DNA of 64,000 nucleotides, taken from the NCBI GenBank assembly GCA_964505155.1, contig CAZDGL010000001.1, positions 71,058 through 135,057 on the forward strand, in the 5' to 3' direction. Shown here piece by piece: positions 56,195 to 64,000 of the stretch. The notes beneath the pieces are model-generated. The model did not search any database. It saw nothing but the letters and a program-made list of their open reading frames with translations, and was not told the DNA's origin. The stretch's first letter is position 1. Every line of letters starts with the position of its first letter. The translations under genes were made by a program, and so were the position numbers. Source of the stretch: an uncultured Candidatus Saccharibacteria bacterium. Lineage in GTDB: Bacteria > Patescibacteriota > Minisyncoccia > Phycocordibacterales > UBA9973.

Positions 56195-56815
56195 ATGCCT
56201 TATACATATCTCATTGGTTGGACATCACTTAATCTTTGGTATTATGGTGTTCGATATTCAGTTAAAGCACATCCAACTGATCTGTGGGTAACCTATTTTA
56301 CTAGCAGTAAAAGAGTTAAACAGTTACGTGAAAAATATGGTGAACCTGACGTAATTCAGATAAGAAAAACATTTGGAGATCCACATAAAGCGAAAGATTG
56401 GGAAGATAAAATTCTTCGTCGTATGAATACGAAGTTTGATTCTAAATGGATTAATCAAACCATGAATGATAGTTTTCGTGGAATAGTTGTCCCTTGGAAC
56501 AAAGGACTAAACAAAAATAATTCAGAAAAAATGAAAGAGATTGGAAGATCCATATCCAAATCATGTAAAGGTCGACAGTCACCACATAAAGGAAAACTCG
56601 TATCAGAGGAGTCTAAAATAAAAAACTCGTGGACTCAAATAATTGAACATAATCCATCACTACAATTTAAAACGTATTCCGAGTTTGCTGATGATGTTAT
56701 ACGTCGATATCAGCAAACTCGGAAAGGTCCGTATTCATTGGGAACTTTTTATAAAGTTGATGGTGGAACCATCAAAAGGATCATTCATCGTTACGAAGCA
56801 ACCATGAATTGCTGA
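56195..56815 (+). CDS. GIY-YIG-type homing endonuclease
   Basis: MPYTYLIGWTSLNLWYYGV (YLI..9aa..YYG) then NUMOD3-like PWNKGLNKNNSEKMKEIGRSISKSCKGRQSPHKGK; GAGGAG RBS; AT-rich. Confidence 0.5.
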   Translation: MPYTYLIGWTSLNLWYYGVRYSVKAHPTDLWVTYFTSSKRVKQLREKYGEPDVIQIRKTFGDPHKAKDWEDKILRRMNTKFDSKWINQTMNDSFRGIVVPWNKGLNKNNSEKMKEIGRSISKSCKGRQSPHKGKLVSEESKIKNSWTQIIEHNPSLQFKTYSEFADDVIRRYQQTRKGPYSLGTFYKVDGGTIKRIIHRYEATMNC

Positions 56816-57884
56816 TAACTTTGAATGAGATTGACGGATCCAATGTACTCTTAAAAACTACACCTTCGCGGGTTTTTGCAAAAAGTGACGGTCCTTCTGC
56901 AAATTTAAGAAGATCATCAAGAGTTTCAAACTCGGAAAGTTTATGAATTCCAATAATTGGAGCATGTTCAAGCTCCAAACGCTCACACATAATCTGTCTT
57001 TCGTATGCATTATAATATCGTCCAAAATCGATATTGAAAATATCAAATACAGCGAAACGCTGATCGTTGATATTTTCTTTATTTCCTTGGATACCTACAC
57101 CATAAAGTTCACCCTGAATGGCAAAGGAGAATCCACATTCCTGCAGCTTCCGTTCCAGATCGAGCTTGCGAGCAACCTTCCAGAAGGAATTCCCTTCGGA
57201 CTCTTCGAGATCGAGGTTGCGTGAGCAAACACCGAACCGATCAACCGGACCCTTTTTGTTATAGACAGTCATGCTGGAACCGTCCAGCTTGATAGTCGCT
57301 TCAAAAGGATGGTTGGAATAATCACGCTTGATCTTGTTGAAGATGTTCTGGACTCGTTCCTGATCAGTCTTCGGAATGAAGCTAGGGAAGTTACCGCGAG
57401 CAACACCAGCAAGGTGTGCAGCGATAGGCTTCTCGTACTTCTTGACACCGAGAACGTCAGTCAGATCCAGACCTTCATCAATCGGTTCGTCGTCAATCTG
57501 AAGAGTGAAGGTATCTGAATTTATAAATCTATGTCCATCCAGCAGTCCACCTTCCTTCAGGATTTCTCTCAAAGGAAGAATGAGTCCCTGAGAAACCTGA
57601 CCACGAAGCTTGATCGTCTTGAGACGGAACCCTTCACCGTTCACCGAACGTGCAGCAGAGACGTAGCATTTGTCTCGCAGAAATTCGAATTCAGGACGAA
57701 CTGGAAGTAGGGAGTCAATACAAAAATAGACAACGAGATCTCCAATTTGAAAATTGTTGGATCGTTGCGTAACTAATTCCCATCCTTTTACTGTCGCACA
57801 AACAATATTATCCGCACCCGGAATCTCCCTGATATCCAAGATGCGTTCAACTGTTGCAAGCTGACGATTAATTTCACTACCCAT
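56781..57884 (-). CDS. RNA ligase with N-terminal tRNA-binding (Myf/Trbp111-type) OB domain
   Basis: N-terminus VERILDIREIPGADNIVCATVKGWELVTQRSNNFQIGDLVVYFCIDSLLP matches tRNA_bind OB pattern; nucleotidyltransferase motif I IKLDGSSM; 367 aa. Confidence 0.55.
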   Translation of the reverse strand: MGSEINRQLATVERILDIREIPGADNIVCATVKGWELVTQRSNNFQIGDLVVYFCIDSLLPVRPEFEFLRDKCYVSAARSVNGEGFRLKTIKLRGQVSQGLILPLREILKEGGLLDGHRFINSDTFTLQIDDEPIDEGLDLTDVLGVKKYEKPIAAHLAGVARGNFPSFIPKTDQERVQNIFNKIKRDYSNHPFEATIKLDGSSMTVYNKKGPVDRFGVCSRNLDLEESEGNSFWKVARKLDLERKLQECGFSFAIQGELYGVGIQGNKENINDQRFAVFDIFNIDFGRYYNAYERQIMCERLELEHAPIIGIHKLSEFETLDDLLKFAEGPSLFAKTREGVVFKSTLDPSISFKVISNSWLLRNDE

Positions 57885-57918
57885 TAGAGTTAGACTCCTT
57901 GTTACCTAAATAGACATA

Positions 57919-58701
57919 ATGACACAAACGAAAATTAACCAACCCATATTTTACATATATGCCTATTACGATCCAGATACGGATATTCCGTTCTATGTCG
58001 GAAAAGGTCATGGTCGAAGACATCTATCACATCTCCGAGAAGTACGCAACGGTACAAATAAGAAAAACCATAAAATTCATAAAATCAAAAAAATGATAAA
58101 TGAAGGAAAGGATCCTATTATTCGGTTTCTTGAAGAAAATCTTTCGCATGAAGAATCAATAATTCGTGAAAAGTATTGGATTGCTCATTTTGGACGAATA
58201 GATTTAGAAACGGGTTCTTTATGTAATATGACGGAAGGTGGTGACGGTCGTGTTCAATGGTCTAAATCAGAACGTGACAAAATATCAAAACTCAATACTG
58301 GAAAAATTTCCGTCAAAGATAAAGACGGAAATAGGTTTCAAGTAGAAAAAGATGATCCTCGATGGGTTTCTGGTGAATTGGTCGGTGTAGCTACTGGACA
58401 TTCTTCAAATTCAACTGGAAAACTTACTGGATACATTATGGCTAAGGATAAAGACGGGAATCGATATCGTGTTAAGAAAGATGATCCTCGATGGATTTCT
58501 GGTGAATTAGTTGGATTAATGAAGGGAACGAAACCTCATCCTAATATAATTAAAGCCGCACAGGAACGCAAAGGGTTTAAACGTTCGCGTGAATCAGTTG
58601 AACAAGGTGCGGCAAAACTCCGAGGTATTCCTAAGAGTGAAGAACACAAGAAAAAGTTATCAGAAGCTACTAGAAATTTTTTCAAAAATAAACGTTCATA
58701 A
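57919..58701 (+). CDS. GIY-YIG homing endonuclease with duplicated DNA-binding module
   Basis: FYIYAYYDPDTDIPFYVGKGHGRR; internal about 120-bp tandem duplication (DKDGNRFQVEKDDPRWVSGELVG / DKDGNRYRVKKDDPRWISGELVG). Confidence 0.75.
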   Translation: MTQTKINQPIFYIYAYYDPDTDIPFYVGKGHGRRHLSHLREVRNGTNKKNHKIHKIKKMINEGKDPIIRFLEENLSHEESIIREKYWIAHFGRIDLETGSLCNMTEGGDGRVQWSKSERDKISKLNTGKISVKDKDGNRFQVEKDDPRWVSGELVGVATGHSSNSTGKLTGYIMAKDKDGNRYRVKKDDPRWISGELVGLMKGTKPHPNIIKAAQERKGFKRSRESVEQGAAKLRGIPKSEEHKKKLSEATRNFFKNKRS

Positions 58702-59207
58702 TGTAATGATCTTGCGTTCAATATCACTCATAGACGAATACTCCCAATATTAAAATTCGGATCGAGTCCGATGTTCACCAGTGAATAAATCTGAAGAGCC
58801 AATTCCAGATCGATATCCATATCCAGAAAGGTTTCGGATGCCGTATAAAGAACTTCACATATGCGCGACTTTTCTAGTTCTGTAAAGCTATCTTCAACTT
58901 CATGCAGTCGCTTTAGAAGTCGGTCCCTTTGAATATCACTCATTTTCCATATCTCCTCACTGGGACAATCCCATCTTCCCAAAATCCATCTGAAAGTCTA
59001 CTAGGACGATACTCTTCAATTGTCAATCGATAAAGTGCATTATCCACATTTAACCACGATAAACGTTTCCATTCGTCATAGGCATCTTGATAAACATCAA
59101 ATGGACCAATAAATACAGATTTGAAATCTTTTGTCCAACGAAATTCAAAATCTCGGTATTCACCACCAACAATATAAAACATCAGAGAGTATCTCCAAAG
59201 AAATCAT

Positions 59208-59642
59208 TTAAGTATCCATCCAGCTATCGTGATTACATTCAGGACACTTGGGGACTAACGTGATCTTATTGTGAATTTCGGCATCGAACGGATCCGCAGT
59301 CAACTGAGTGGTTGAGAAATCATGTTCCTTACAATAATAGGTCTTGATAGGATTTTCACCCTTGATGAACCGAGCAACATTTCCCGGTCCCACAATGTAC
59401 TGATCAGCATATGGTTGACCGAGTTTTGAATTCTCGACGTGAGAAAACGCTACAAACTTACCTTTTCCATCCATCTTCTGAATGTAGGTAGTCTCATTAC
59501 CGACAACATATCGGTAATCTTCACGGTTTACTGAGAGTCTACGATAGTGCGACATAAGTATCCTCCGGAATCCAATCAATGACGGAATCAAACCCTTCGT
59601 CCGTAGTCGGACGCTCATAGGTCGATTGCATGTTGTAGACAA
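59208..59642 (-). CDS. hypothetical protein with CPECNHD zinc motif
   Basis: 144-aa ORF overlapping kinase gene end. Confidence 0.3.
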   Translation of the reverse strand: MSTTCNRPMSVRLRTKGLIPSLIGFRRILMSHYRRLSVNREDYRYVVGNETTYIQKMDGKGKFVAFSHVENSKLGQPYADQYIVGPGNVARFIKGENPIKTYYCKEHDFSTTQLTADPFDAEIHNKITLVPKCPECNHDSWMDT

Positions 59643-60021
59643 CGTCCATCGGAACCTTCTTATCCCGAAGCTTCATCCGACGTTCAATCTCCCAGATAGG
59701 AGTCTCAAACACGATAGCAACCTTGGTCCAGTCCTTCGGAATTGCAGCGAGCTTGCGCTTCCGAGACTTCACAGTCAAGTTGGTCTGATCCCAATAGAAG
59801 GAGGTTCCGTTTCGGACGCATTCCTGCACCTTCTCGTTCATCACCTTGGTTGCCCAATCAATGCAATCCTTGAAGCAATCATTGTAATTGGAATCATGCG
59901 AACGAGCGTATTCCTCGATGGTGGAGTCCGTGTCGACTACCACCTTGTTGGGAATCTTGGAAAGAAAGGTGGATTTCCCTGAGCAAGGGAGACCCACCAA
60001 CATGAAAAGCGTCTTGTTCAT
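59539..60021 (-). CDS. polynucleotide 5'-kinase (P-loop, Pnkp kinase-domain-like)
   Basis: LVGLPCSGKSTF Walker A at N-terminus as in T4 Pnkp kinase domain; 160 aa, no phosphatase domain. Confidence 0.55.
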   Translation of the reverse strand: MNKTLFMLVGLPCSGKSTFLSKIPNKVVVDTDSTIEEYARSHDSNYNDCFKDCIDWATKVMNEKVQECVRNGTSFYWDQTNLTVKSRKRKLAAIPKDWTKVAIVFETPIWEIERRMKLRDKKVPMDVVYNMQSTYERPTTDEGFDSVIDWIPEDTYVALS

Positions 60022-60250
60022 ACTTTTTAATCTACCTCACATAATTATTAAAGTCAAGATGGACTCTTATAATTAACAGGAAAACACAAAATATTATCTT
60101 CAGTTGGTGATCTCCACCATTCAGAAGAATGCAATAGTATAGCTTCTTTAGTTGCTACACATTCTTCCATAGTATCAAACCTCATAAGAGAATCTCCTTT
60201 GGTATATCCACCACCATATACCATCCACAATATGAAAAAAGTTTTCAGCA

Positions 60251-60925
60251 TTATTCTGCATCCTCTATGTTATGATATTCCCACCGCAAGTTACCCCAGA
60301 GGACTCGGTTCTCCTCAATCTTGCGATTGGAATTTACCGACTTCTTGAGTCGCTCGATTACCAGTTCCCGAATGACATTCTCGTCCACGTCTTTGTCCCA
60401 CAATGCGAACATGAAGGATCGAACCATATCAGAAGTCCCATCGGTTGCGGTATAAATCGCAAAATCCTTCTTAGTAGCAAACCGGCATTTGAAGTTCCAG
60501 AATTTGGAAGAAATCTGGTTCTTGAAATCCGTGACGTGCATCCAGAATTTAGTCGTGAACCTACGAAGCTTATCCGCGTCCTCCTTGTAGAGGATAGGGA
60601 GAAGGTCGTCAATACCCTGATTGATGATGCATTCGAGCACCGCTTTCTCCGAGGTAATCATGCTCTTGGCTTTGTGGATTGCACAGTATGCATCCGTCTT
60701 GACCTTGAGCATGTGACCGTCATCAAATCGGATAACCCAACCTTCACCTTCCTGCTGAGTACGAGCAAGCTCCATGATGTTCTCGACCGTACCCTCATAA
60801 GCTCGCACGACTGGAATATTAAATTTTTTTCCAATATCCATCAGATTCATCATAAATAACCTTTGAGTGGTGTTCATTTTTAGGAGAAAATTTTGTATTA
60901 TGTTTATTTTTATATAGACCCCCAA
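60251..60925 (-). CDS. rnlA: RNA ligase 1 (RnlA), C-terminal half
   Basis: EGEGWVIRFDDGHMLKVKTDAYCAIH aligns with T4 Rnl1 [25 protein letters not shown]; continues T4 Rnl1 colinearly from where 61458-62066 stops. Confidence 0.55.
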   Translation of the reverse strand: MGVYIKINIIQNFLLKMNTTQRLFMMNLMDIGKKFNIPVVRAYEGTVENIMELARTQQEGEGWVIRFDDGHMLKVKTDAYCAIHKAKSMITSEKAVLECIINQGIDDLLPILYKEDADKLRRFTTKFWMHVTDFKNQISSKFWNFKCRFATKKDFAIYTATDGTSDMVRSFMFALWDKDVDENVIRELVIERLKKSVNSNRKIEENRVLWGNLRWEYHNIEDAE

Positions 60926-61492
60926 ACAAATTTACCTTTTTACATTGGCAAAGGTTCAGGATATCGATTATATGATCATATCAAAAATCATACATCATCT
61001 TCTAAGAGAGTGCAAGATAAAATTTCAAATCTTCGTTCCAAAAATTTGGATCCATTGATTGAAATTTATAAAGATGAATTAACCGAAGATGAAGCTTACG
61101 ACCTCGAAAAAACATTGATTTCTAAGTATGGAAGAAAGGGATATGATCAGAATGGAATATTAATGAATATATGTGAAGATTATAGACCACCTAAAAGAGG
61201 CAAATGGACTGAGGAATCGAAAAAGAAACAATCACTTTCGATGAAAGGTAAAAATAAAGGTAAAGTGCCATGGAATAAAGGAAAGTCTCATAAGAGAGGT
61301 GCACAAACTCCACAACAAACTATACTAATAATGAAAACTAGACTTAAAAAATTAATGGGTATTATTTTAAGTCATTACGATGAAGTTACAGAATTCACTA
61401 TATCCGAATCAAAACGTCTAAAAATAATACCCAAAACCTCACCAATTTCAATGAAAGTTATCTCTCAGTATACGGGAGATATTCTCCCGTAA
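60893..61492 (+). CDS. GIY-YIG homing endonuclease inserted antisense between the two rnlA halves
   Basis: MYYVYFYIDPQTNLPFYIGKGSGYR; K-rich NUMOD-like tail; strongly AT-rich; overlaps both rnlA pieces by about 35 nt. Confidence 0.75.
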   Translation: MYYVYFYIDPQTNLPFYIGKGSGYRLYDHIKNHTSSSKRVQDKISNLRSKNLDPLIEIYKDELTEDEAYDLEKTLISKYGRKGYDQNGILMNICEDYRPPKRGKWTEESKKKQSLSMKGKNKGKVPWNKGKSHKRGAQTPQQTILIMKTRLKKLMGIILSHYDEVTEFTISESKRLKIIPKTSPISMKVISQYTGDILP

Positions 61493-62066
61493 AAGTATTT
61501 CTTATTGCTGTCAAAATAAGATCGTGCTCTGAATAATTTACAACAATTCTATTAGATGGTCCTATCCATTCAAATATAGGAGTTAAATTATTCTCAAAAC
61601 ACCACTGAGCTAATTCAGTATATTGTGGTCTGGTGGAAACAAAATCCTCAACCATATCGGAAAATCCGTCAGTGACACCCATTTTGGTACCCCAACGAAT
61701 CTTCTGTTCATAGGCATTCCAAAGTGGAGTCACCATGGATCCATCAAGCTTTTCCAGAATGACGTGGTGCTGAGTGAAATCGATGTTCTCGATCTTCGTC
61801 TCTTCACGTTCGTTCAGGTTGAAAAACTTGTGGAGTCGACGTGCGAGAGGCTTACCCTCGTTATCGAATACAATCCCTCGGCATTCCCGAAGGATTGCTT
61901 CCATAGAATCACCGCGAGCATCAAGGAAGGTCTTGTCAGTCGCGAATGAATAGTTCGCTACCTGATACCAATCCCTGTCCGCGATAAAAAATTCGGTTCG
62001 TTCAGACTTATCAATAGCTGAACGAACCGTCTCAATGTTCATGATATAAGGGAACTTGTAGTTCAC
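61458..62066 (-). CDS. rnlA: RNA ligase 1 (RnlA), N-terminal half with motif I
   Basis: LRECRGIVFDNEGKPLARRLHKFFNLNE...VILEKLDGSMV...FEWIGPSNRIVVNYSEHDLILTAIRNTFTGEY parallels T4 Rnl1 [31 protein letters not shown]...ILTKEDGSLV...[32 protein letters not shown]. Confidence 0.7.
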   Translation of the reverse strand: MNYKFPYIMNIETVRSAIDKSERTEFFIADRDWYQVANYSFATDKTFLDARGDSMEAILRECRGIVFDNEGKPLARRLHKFFNLNEREETKIENIDFTQHHVILEKLDGSMVTPLWNAYEQKIRWGTKMGVTDGFSDMVEDFVSTRPQYTELAQWCFENNLTPIFEWIGPSNRIVVNYSEHDLILTAIRNTFTGEYLPYTER

Positions 62067-62070
62067 TGTC

Positions 62071-62652
62071 TTATTCTCCGAACTTTTCCTTGAGCTTCAG
62101 ATAAGTCTGATATTCGGGATCCGATTTCTTCTGGTATTCATTCAAATAAGGGATCCAGTGCTTAGGAATCGTACCAGTAATTCCTGCAGTCCACGCTGCA
62201 ATTTCGGCTTCCAGTGCACCTGCACCATAGTCAGTCTGAGAACCAGAATGACCAGCGTCAGAACGGAGCGTCTTAGCTTTCTCACTAAGAAACTCAACCA
62301 GTCCCAAATGGTCATTAGACCAAGCTTCGATCTTGTTATTCACTGTGGTCTCCTGTGGTTTAGTTTCAACCACAGTCTTACTCGACTCTTTGGTTTTTGT
62401 CAACCCCTGCTCATTCCGATATTTGTAGGGATCAATGAAATAACATTCTCCGGTATGTTCATCAAACCCTTCCACACTCAGAGCTTGGAAGTAATAATCA
62501 GGAGCAAATCCATTCACTCGATCCGGAAGACTGTCATTGGTTCGGAAATAAGCATCAACGGCTTCCTGAGCGGTTTTATAGTGATAAGTCTCGTGCTTCT
62601 GACCCCATCCGCGTACGGATTCTACAAAATTAATTCTGAAGTTGTTTGGCAT
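62071..62652 (-). CDS. hypothetical protein
   Basis: 193-aa ORF. Confidence 0.3.
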   Translation of the reverse strand: MPNNFRINFVESVRGWGQKHETYHYKTAQEAVDAYFRTNDSLPDRVNGFAPDYYFQALSVEGFDEHTGECYFIDPYKYRNEQGLTKTKESSKTVVETKPQETTVNNKIEAWSNDHLGLVEFLSEKAKTLRSDAGHSGSQTDYGAGALEAEIAAWTAGITGTIPKHWIPYLNEYQKKSDPEYQTYLKLKEKFGE

Positions 62653-63082
62653 TTTCGATCTCCTCTTTGATTAGGTCTACGATATAACCATGAAACAAAT
62701 CAAAAGTAAAGTCCCCTAGCTTCTCTCGGAGGAAAAAAGCTCTGGTTTGCATCCGATCATATCGAAGAGCCAAATCAAAACCATTCTGGAGGTGTTCTTC
62801 CTGAGCCGAATTCTCGGACTTCAGACGAAGAACCTCATCTCTGAGATCGTCGTTCTCTTTTTCAAGCTCATCAGATATCGATTGATATTCTTTGATATCG
62901 TATTCGAGAGTTTTATACTTCTGTCGAATCTCGGCATTTTCCTTCACAAGGTCTTTATTGGAAACAACCTTCTGTAATTCCCATGCAGCGTCCGAAGCTA
63001 GCTGTTGGACAGGGAGCATTGATGCCCACACATCCTCATCCCGAATATTTCGGAGCTTCTCAATTAGTAGATTTATGTCCAT
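62630..63082 (-). CDS. coiled-coil protein
   Basis: 150 aa, E/K-rich heptads. Confidence 0.3.
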   Translation of the reverse strand: MDINLLIEKLRNIRDEDVWASMLPVQQLASDAAWELQKVVSNKDLVKENAEIRQKYKTLEYDIKEYQSISDELEKENDDLRDEVLRLKSENSAQEEHLQNGFDLALRYDRMQTRAFFLREKLGDFTFDLFHGYIVDLIKEEIENAKQLQN

Positions 63083-63398
63083 TTTTCTGCAACTCCAATT
63101 CGATGTCTATCTCTTCTTTCAAAATTCGACGAAATTCTTCATCTACGTCAATTCCCATAGATTTCATTTTTGATCGAAGTTGATTAATGGTATAGTGTTT
63201 CTTCAAATCATCGAAGTCCATTGTCTCTAATCCATTCCAAAGCTTCAGTACATGATACAACTAGTTTGAAAAACTCATCAGGAAGAAGCTGATATCGTAG
63301 ATCTTTCTCAATACCACCTTTTTCGTTATACCATTCCATGACGAGAGTCCCTCGGAAACCACTTTCGTCCTTCCAAGGGATAATTCTCATTGTTCGCA

Positions 63399-63926
63399 TC
63401 AAAAATTCCCTTCACGAACCTGTAGACATCGAACACCATTCTTTCGGTACATTTCTACCACCTGAGTCCGGTCTTCAAATGCCATGAAGATATCAAATTC
63501 CTCCTGAAGCTTCTTCAGGATTTCTTCCTTAACAATAAAGTCCTGTCGATGATCCTTTTCAGGACGCATCAGCAACCGATGTGGAACCACCTCATTTTCA
63601 ATGAGCCAGTCCATCGTCTTATCCCGATATGCAGGAGTACCTTCTCGTCCGGTCACAATGATATTAATGAACCCAGACGAATCAAACAGCATGAATAGTC
63701 CGCACATATCGTCGTAGGCTTCGTCCTTATCGGACTCGGCATAGAAGGCTTTCCAGTTTTTTGGCTTATTTCGTACGTGGTGGACTCGGTGCTCGATGTT
63801 CGCAAGAGTTCCGTCTAAATCAAAAATGCACGCAAGTGGCTTCACATAATCCAGAACATTGAACGAAGACATTACGGATCTGGTATCAACAGCAAAATCA
63901 GTATCAAGCATCATTATTCCTCTCAC
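63399..63926 (-). CDS. HAD-family phosphatase (polynucleotide 3'-phosphatase candidate, Pnkp phosphatase-domain-like)
   Basis: IFDLDGTLA DxDxT motif I near N-terminus; 175 aa. Confidence 0.5.
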   Translation of the reverse strand: MRGIMMLDTDFAVDTRSVMSSFNVLDYVKPLACIFDLDGTLANIEHRVHHVRNKPKNWKAFYAESDKDEAYDDMCGLFMLFDSSGFINIIVTGREGTPAYRDKTMDWLIENEVVPHRLLMRPEKDHRQDFIVKEEILKKLQEEFDIFMAFEDRTQVVEMYRKNGVRCLQVREGNF

Positions 63927-64000
63927 ATTTACATCATATCAAATTAGCACAGTTAATCCAAGTTGTCAATCAAATTTGACCGATAACGGTAGAACCATAC

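Noticed and set aside
60925-61458. Group I/II intron interrupting rnlA
   Set aside because: The whole gap is occupied by a GIY-YIG ORF on the opposite strand and both flanking ORFs overlap it; no room for an intron ribozyme scaffold, and exon ends are not in a joinable frame context

Overview
This window is a 64-kb segment of a T4-like (Tevenvirinae-type) myovirus genome, roughly 43-45% GC, with one GC-rich foreign patch. All calls come from reading the sequence and the ORF track by eye; no database search, tRNA scanner or RNA folding was run.

- 0.6-18 kb, minus strand: one long late structural operon, gp25 - (GIY-YIG endonuclease insert) - gp6 - gp7-like - gp8, then a 458-aa and a 1531-aa glycine-rich fibre-like protein, a 549-aa glycine-rich fibre protein, small ORFs, a GH19 endolysin, and a partial GIY-YIG gene at the window edge.
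- 18-20 kb, plus strand: small early-type ORFs behind a duplicated promoter/leader element.
- 20-35 kb: a 1280-aa tape-measure-like protein with two cell-wall-hydrolase domains, a gp4-like gene, an HNH gene, a plus-strand gp48/gp53/gp27-like hub operon, and a central spike that is broken into separate OB-domain, beta-helix and PAAR ORFs (no lysozyme domain). A small AT-rich gene of foreign composition sits between the hub genes.
- 35-38 kb: gp32 SSB (with its terminator), gp59 loader, and an i-/o-spanin pair.
- 38-50 kb: a tRNA island of about 20 minus-strand tRNA or tRNA-like genes interleaved with HNH and GIY-YIG homing endonucleases, one of them decayed. By hand folding, several tRNAs show body/anticodon mismatches or abnormal loops.
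- 49.8-51 kb: non-coding DNA containing a 20-bp inverted repeat around a tRNA-like core.
- 51-55.5 kb: a compositionally foreign GC-rich island (DUF932-like, ATP-grasp-like and unknown genes).
- 56-64 kb: a dispersed RNA/tRNA-repair gene set. It contains a P-loop polynucleotide kinase, a HAD phosphatase, an Rnl1-type RNA ligase cut into two ORFs by an antisense GIY-YIG gene, and a second ligase fused to a tRNA-binding OB domain.

No CRISPR array, rRNA or integrase was seen.
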